This document shows, in pieces, positions 63,582 to 64,000 of a DNA stretch of 64,000 nucleotides. Made by a program: the position numbers and the translations under genes. Each line of letters opens with the position of its first letter. Position 1 is the stretch's first letter. The stretch is from Salpingoeca rosetta (taxonomy: Eukaryota > Protista > Choanoflagellata), in the NCBI GenBank assembly GCA_033442325.1, contig JAWQFM010000002.1:626442-690441 (forward strand), in the 5' to 3' direction. The notes under the pieces are model-generated. The model searched no databases, was not told the origin of the DNA, and worked only from the letters and a program-made list of their open reading frames with translations.

Positions 63582-64000
63582 CTGAGGAACACCAAAGCAA
63601 GAAGCCAGTGGCAGAGTAATGCGACAGCCGCGAAACAGGAGAGATGCAGAGTGAGGCCTCACGTGCTGAAAGCACACATGAGATGCACACGCACTGCATG
63701 CACATGAATGCGCACTGCATGTGCCGTTTAAAGTTACACAGAAAGATACGCACCGCTGGAGGAATCGATGCCGTATCCCACAATTTGCACGGCATGCTGC
63801 AGAGAAGTGAGAATGGGCGATTGGGTCAGTCGAAGAGCTTCAGTACGTGGGGAAGACAGTAGGAGAACGTATCTGGCACGTTTGGTTTGATCTCAAACAC
63901 ACACACACACAGATAGAGAGAGGAGCATTCACAGAGAAACAGAAACACAGACATACAGAGGACACAGACACAGACACGGGCACAGATATAGACACACACA

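Overview
Intron-rich eukaryotic genomic DNA with (GT)n/(CA)n microsatellite-laden introns and two assembly gaps. The holozoan gene content and style suggest a choanoflagellate such as Salpingoeca rosetta (inference). In order: DOCK-D/zizimin GEF (+, 5'-partial), ALG3 (-), a two-domain SDR fusion (DFR-like plus tropinone-reductase-like, +), MOCS1 with MoaA and MoaC separated by one in-frame TGA (-), ZCCHC17 (+), an LRCH-type LRR+CH protein (-), selenocysteine lyase (+), a ~2 kb non-coding interval with box C/D snoRNAs (-), CCDC77 (+), an ankyrin protein with repeated tyrosine motifs (+), a CBM21-RING1-Rcat putative glycogen-targeted ubiquitin ligase (+), intronless ETFDH (-), a catalytically altered 3-hydroxyacyl-CoA dehydrogenase-like gene (+, runs into a gap), myosin VII (-) and the 3' end of a papain-family protease (-). 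The most interesting items are the CBM21-RBR-type fusion, the bicistronic MOCS1 architecture, the snoRNA cluster and the double-SDR fusion. Exon structures were assembled by eye and family assignments come from remembered motifs, not database searches.
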